From Candidatus Latescibacterota bacterium (GTDB taxonomy: Bacteria; Latescibacterota; UBA2968; GCA-2709665): a DNA stretch of 64,000 nt. Under the pieces are notes generated by a model. The model was not told where the DNA came from and did no database searches. It saw nothing but the letters and a program-made list of their open reading frames with translations. This document shows positions 61,118-64,000 of this stretch, piece by piece. Position numbers and translations under genes: made by a program. The stretch covers positions 1,216,001-1,280,000 of the forward strand of contig OZ250150.1 in assembly GCA_965237675.1 (NCBI GenBank). Reading direction: 5' to 3'. The stretch's first letter is position 1. Each line of letters starts with the position of its first letter.

Positions 61118-63082
61118 TCAGCCGGCACCGTGTTTCAGGTCGACAAAAAAACGTTTTTGATCCCGGTTGCCGACCTCGTCCACAACATCCAGCGTGTGCC
61201 ATCCCCTCGAGAGTTCCGCGGTTTTGACATGCCGGCCACGGCTGCTTCCCAGGTACCGGTCATCCAGGTACCAGTATAGGATCCGATTTCTCTCCCTGTG
61301 AGCCACACGCATCGCAATCTTCTGCCATGCGCCGCCGAAGTCCCTGGGCAGCCATAGCCTGGCGTTCTGTTGCGGATAGATGATCTTCAACGGATAGGGC
61401 TCGTTCCCGGCCGGGCAATCCAATTTGTGCGGCGGAACCCTACCCGGAACATGTCCCCGTTCCTGCAAATATTGCGCGACGTCTGCCGGAAAGACAAGCT
61501 GGCGGACCGGACGGCGGTCCTTCGGTTCCCAGCAGAGCGAGCAGACGCGATGACCCCCGTCCAGCGTCACCTGAAACGTCCGGTGATAGGGACAGGTCCG
61601 AAGGGGCTTCATATGCAACGGCGCTTCAACGGAAACCGGGCGCTCGCAATGCAGACCCGATCGGAATCCGGTATCCGCGCAGAGTTGAAGCGCGCTCAGG
61701 TCGCCAACCGGCGCGTCAATCCAGGCATATTCCCGTTGCTTCGGCAGCATGTTGAATAGATCGAACAGAAGGGGCGCGGCCGCGCTTGCGCCCGTGAGGT
61801 TCGCATTGCCTCGTCCGCCAAAATTGCCTATCCAGACGGCCACCGTCCACTCGGGGCTGACGCCGACCGCCCAGGCGTCCCGCTTTCCGTAGCGAGTTCC
61901 CGTCTTCCAGGCGATCGGCCACTGGTTCTGGTACTGCTCCCAGTAGTATTCCACACCCGGCCGCTTGAGATCCCGAAGCATGTTCAGCGTCAGATAACAC
62001 GCGCCGGGACTGATGAGCGCAGGACCCTCGACATCGGGTGTCCCAGCCAGGTACCTGAGTGGACTGAACCGGCCCCCATTGGCCAGCGCACGGTAGCACA
62101 GCGCCATATCCCACAGACAAACCTCGACCCCGCCGAGAATCATCGGCAGACCGTAATCGCCGGCGGAGCGAAAAAGCGTCGTCAGCCCGGCCGATTTCAG
62201 AAACCTGTAAAACGGATCGACGCCGTACGCGTCCAGCAATCGGACCGCGGGTACGTTGAGAGAACGAACCAGTGCTTCTTTGGCCGATACCAGCCCGCCA
62301 AAGGTTCCATCCGCGTTCCCCGGGGAAAAAGCGCCGTAGTGGGTGGGAAGATCCCGGATCCGCGTCTGCGGCAGTACCAGGCCGTCGTCGATGCCCAGGG
62401 CAAATAGAAACGGTTTGAGCAGAGAACCGGACGACCTTGCGGCCACAACGCCGTCCACCTGGCCCTGGTTTCGGGCGTCGAAGAATTCCTGGGATCCAAC
62501 GTACGCGCGTACCTTCCCCGTACGGGTCTCAGCTACCAGGGCCGCGCCGTTTCGGACCCCCAGACGCTTCATAAAGCCGGCGTGTCGATCAACGAGTTCC
62601 TCGCTTTGTTTCTGAATCGCTCGTTGAATAGTGGTTCGTATATACGTATTCCGGTGCCGGGACTCAAGCCGTCGCGCCAGATGCGGCGCATCCATTGGCA
62701 GCGGCCTGGTGCCGTCCGGCACCACCTCCATCCTCGCCAAACCAAAGGTCTCGTCGTCTATCATCCCTTCGTTCAGCAGCCGGCTCAGAAGCCGGTCGCG
62801 CCGGAGCCGCAGTTTTTCCGGGTTGGCAAGAGGCGATATCAGCCCCGGCGCGTTCGGAAGAACCGCCAATGTGGCGGCCTCTCCCCAGGTCATCCGTTCG
62901 GGCGACTTGCCGAAATATCGATGCGCAGCCGCGCGGTAGCCCACAATATTGCCGCCATAGGGTGCGTGACCCAGATAGAGATTAAGGATCTGTTTCTTGT
63001 CATAATTCAGCTCGATCTTCAATGCCTGGAGCATCTCCAGGGCCTTGTTGATATAGGTCCTCCTCTTGGGCGTCGCGCTCAT
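61118..63082 (-). pseudogene. pbpC: Penicillin-binding protein 1C lacking its N-terminal anchor and most of the transglycosylase domain
   Basis: Begins mid-TG domain (PKRRTY..K..E..QALK.E...APYGGN); TP motifs SLLK, SLN, KTGT; no EDxxFxxH or GxSTITxQ. Confidence 0.85.
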
Positions 63083-64000
63083 CCATATACTCTTCCCGGT
63101 TCAGATTCAGGCGACTCATCCATCGCGGCGCCATCCGATCGGACAGACGCGGGTTGTCGATTTCCCAGCCGGCGGGCAGAACCTGAACCAGCGCAACCTC
63201 TTCGACGTTGCGCGCGACGGTCGGATTGCGAACGCGAAAATGGCCCCAGAAACTCTCTCCCTGAGAAAGTTCGGAGGGATCGACCGGCATTCCGTCGTTG
63301 TTGAGCCAGGCCACCTCCAGCGTCAGCTTGCTGGACGTATCTCCCCCGTCGTCGGTAAGCGGAACGCCGTCCCAGTCCAGGGTTGCAAACGCCCTCTTGA
63401 CGGTCGAGGTAGAATCCAGGAAGACCTCTACTGCCTCGCCAAAGCCCTCTTCGATTTCAAAGTGATACGCCGACCGATCTGTCTCAAACCGCATCTCCCG
63501 TCCGTCCGGAAGACGGATTGTGCCCGCGAGCACGGACGGGCTACCCTCTTCCTGTGAGAGAGACCGGAGGTATTTCCCCATGGCCAGAAGCATAAACCCG
63601 GTGGTCTGGGTGCTGTACCAATTCTGCGACGCGAGCGCCAGTCCCAACTCCGTGGCGACCTCGTCCGCCTCGGACCAGCGTTCGAACAGGACCAGCGCAT
63701 TCAGAATGATCGCCAGATCGCGCCGGCCCGAACCGTAGGTGCCGCCTGGCGCACCTGTTCCAGCGGGGTCTTTTCGCTGAACACGACTCGCCCCGTGTAG
63801 ACCACCCGCCGCGGGTCGTCTTTTTCGATCAACTCAAAATCCGCGTTCAACGAGACAATCTCCCGGCCTGCAACCCGAAACGCAAACAGCAGGGGTTGCA
63901 GGTTATTGCGCTTTGGAAACAAGGCGGCGAGATCCAGGGTGCCCCGGTAGTGCTGCCGGAACGGGAGCGGCGCGTTGGGTTGAAAGAGAAGGGTGCGACG
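63071..64000 (-). pseudogene. Bacterial alpha-2-macroglobulin remnant with internal and 3' deletions
   Basis: TYGS.RRDLA, WYSTQ, LPAGWEIDNPRL, YMDERD C-terminal motifs; frame break near 63745; fused to pbpC. Confidence 0.8.

Overview
GC-rich bacterial chromosomal segment from a diderm (it has an outer-membrane beta-barrel protein, alpha-2-macroglobulin/PBP1C remnants and Ccm genes). The repeat families and gene decay resemble uncultured Latescibacterota/Gemmatimonadota-like sponge symbionts, but that host assignment is inference only. 1-31.2 kb is core or metabolic: aminotransferase, SDRs, hydrolases, TrmH methylase, a variant cytochrome c maturation cluster (ccmE with CxxxY, ccmF, ccmH-like, two accessory genes, ccmABC and an unlisted 56-aa ccmD), dnaK, sucC, gpmI, LysR-acnA, mdh, rpmA, rplU, RNase E/G, moeA, moaC. 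A tRNA-Lys(CTT) at 31126-31201 is followed by an integrase-less defence island (about 31.2-51.1 kb). It holds Type I hsdM and hsdS with no hsdR; orphan antitoxins whose toxins are absent or deleted (HicB, Phd x2, HigA); intact AbiE, RHH-VapC and DinJ-YafQ pairs; PD-(D/E)XK and HNH nucleases; a RAYT remnant with GTAG REPs; and an unusual voltage-sensor ion channel with a phage-structural-like tandem repeat insert and a non-canonical filter. 51.8-64 kb returns to core genes (sat, clpP, hemE-hemH-hemY, serS, GT2) and ends with a deletion-fused alpha-2-macroglobulin/pbpC remnant. No CRISPR array or rRNA was seen. All calls come from reading motifs by eye; no database search was run.
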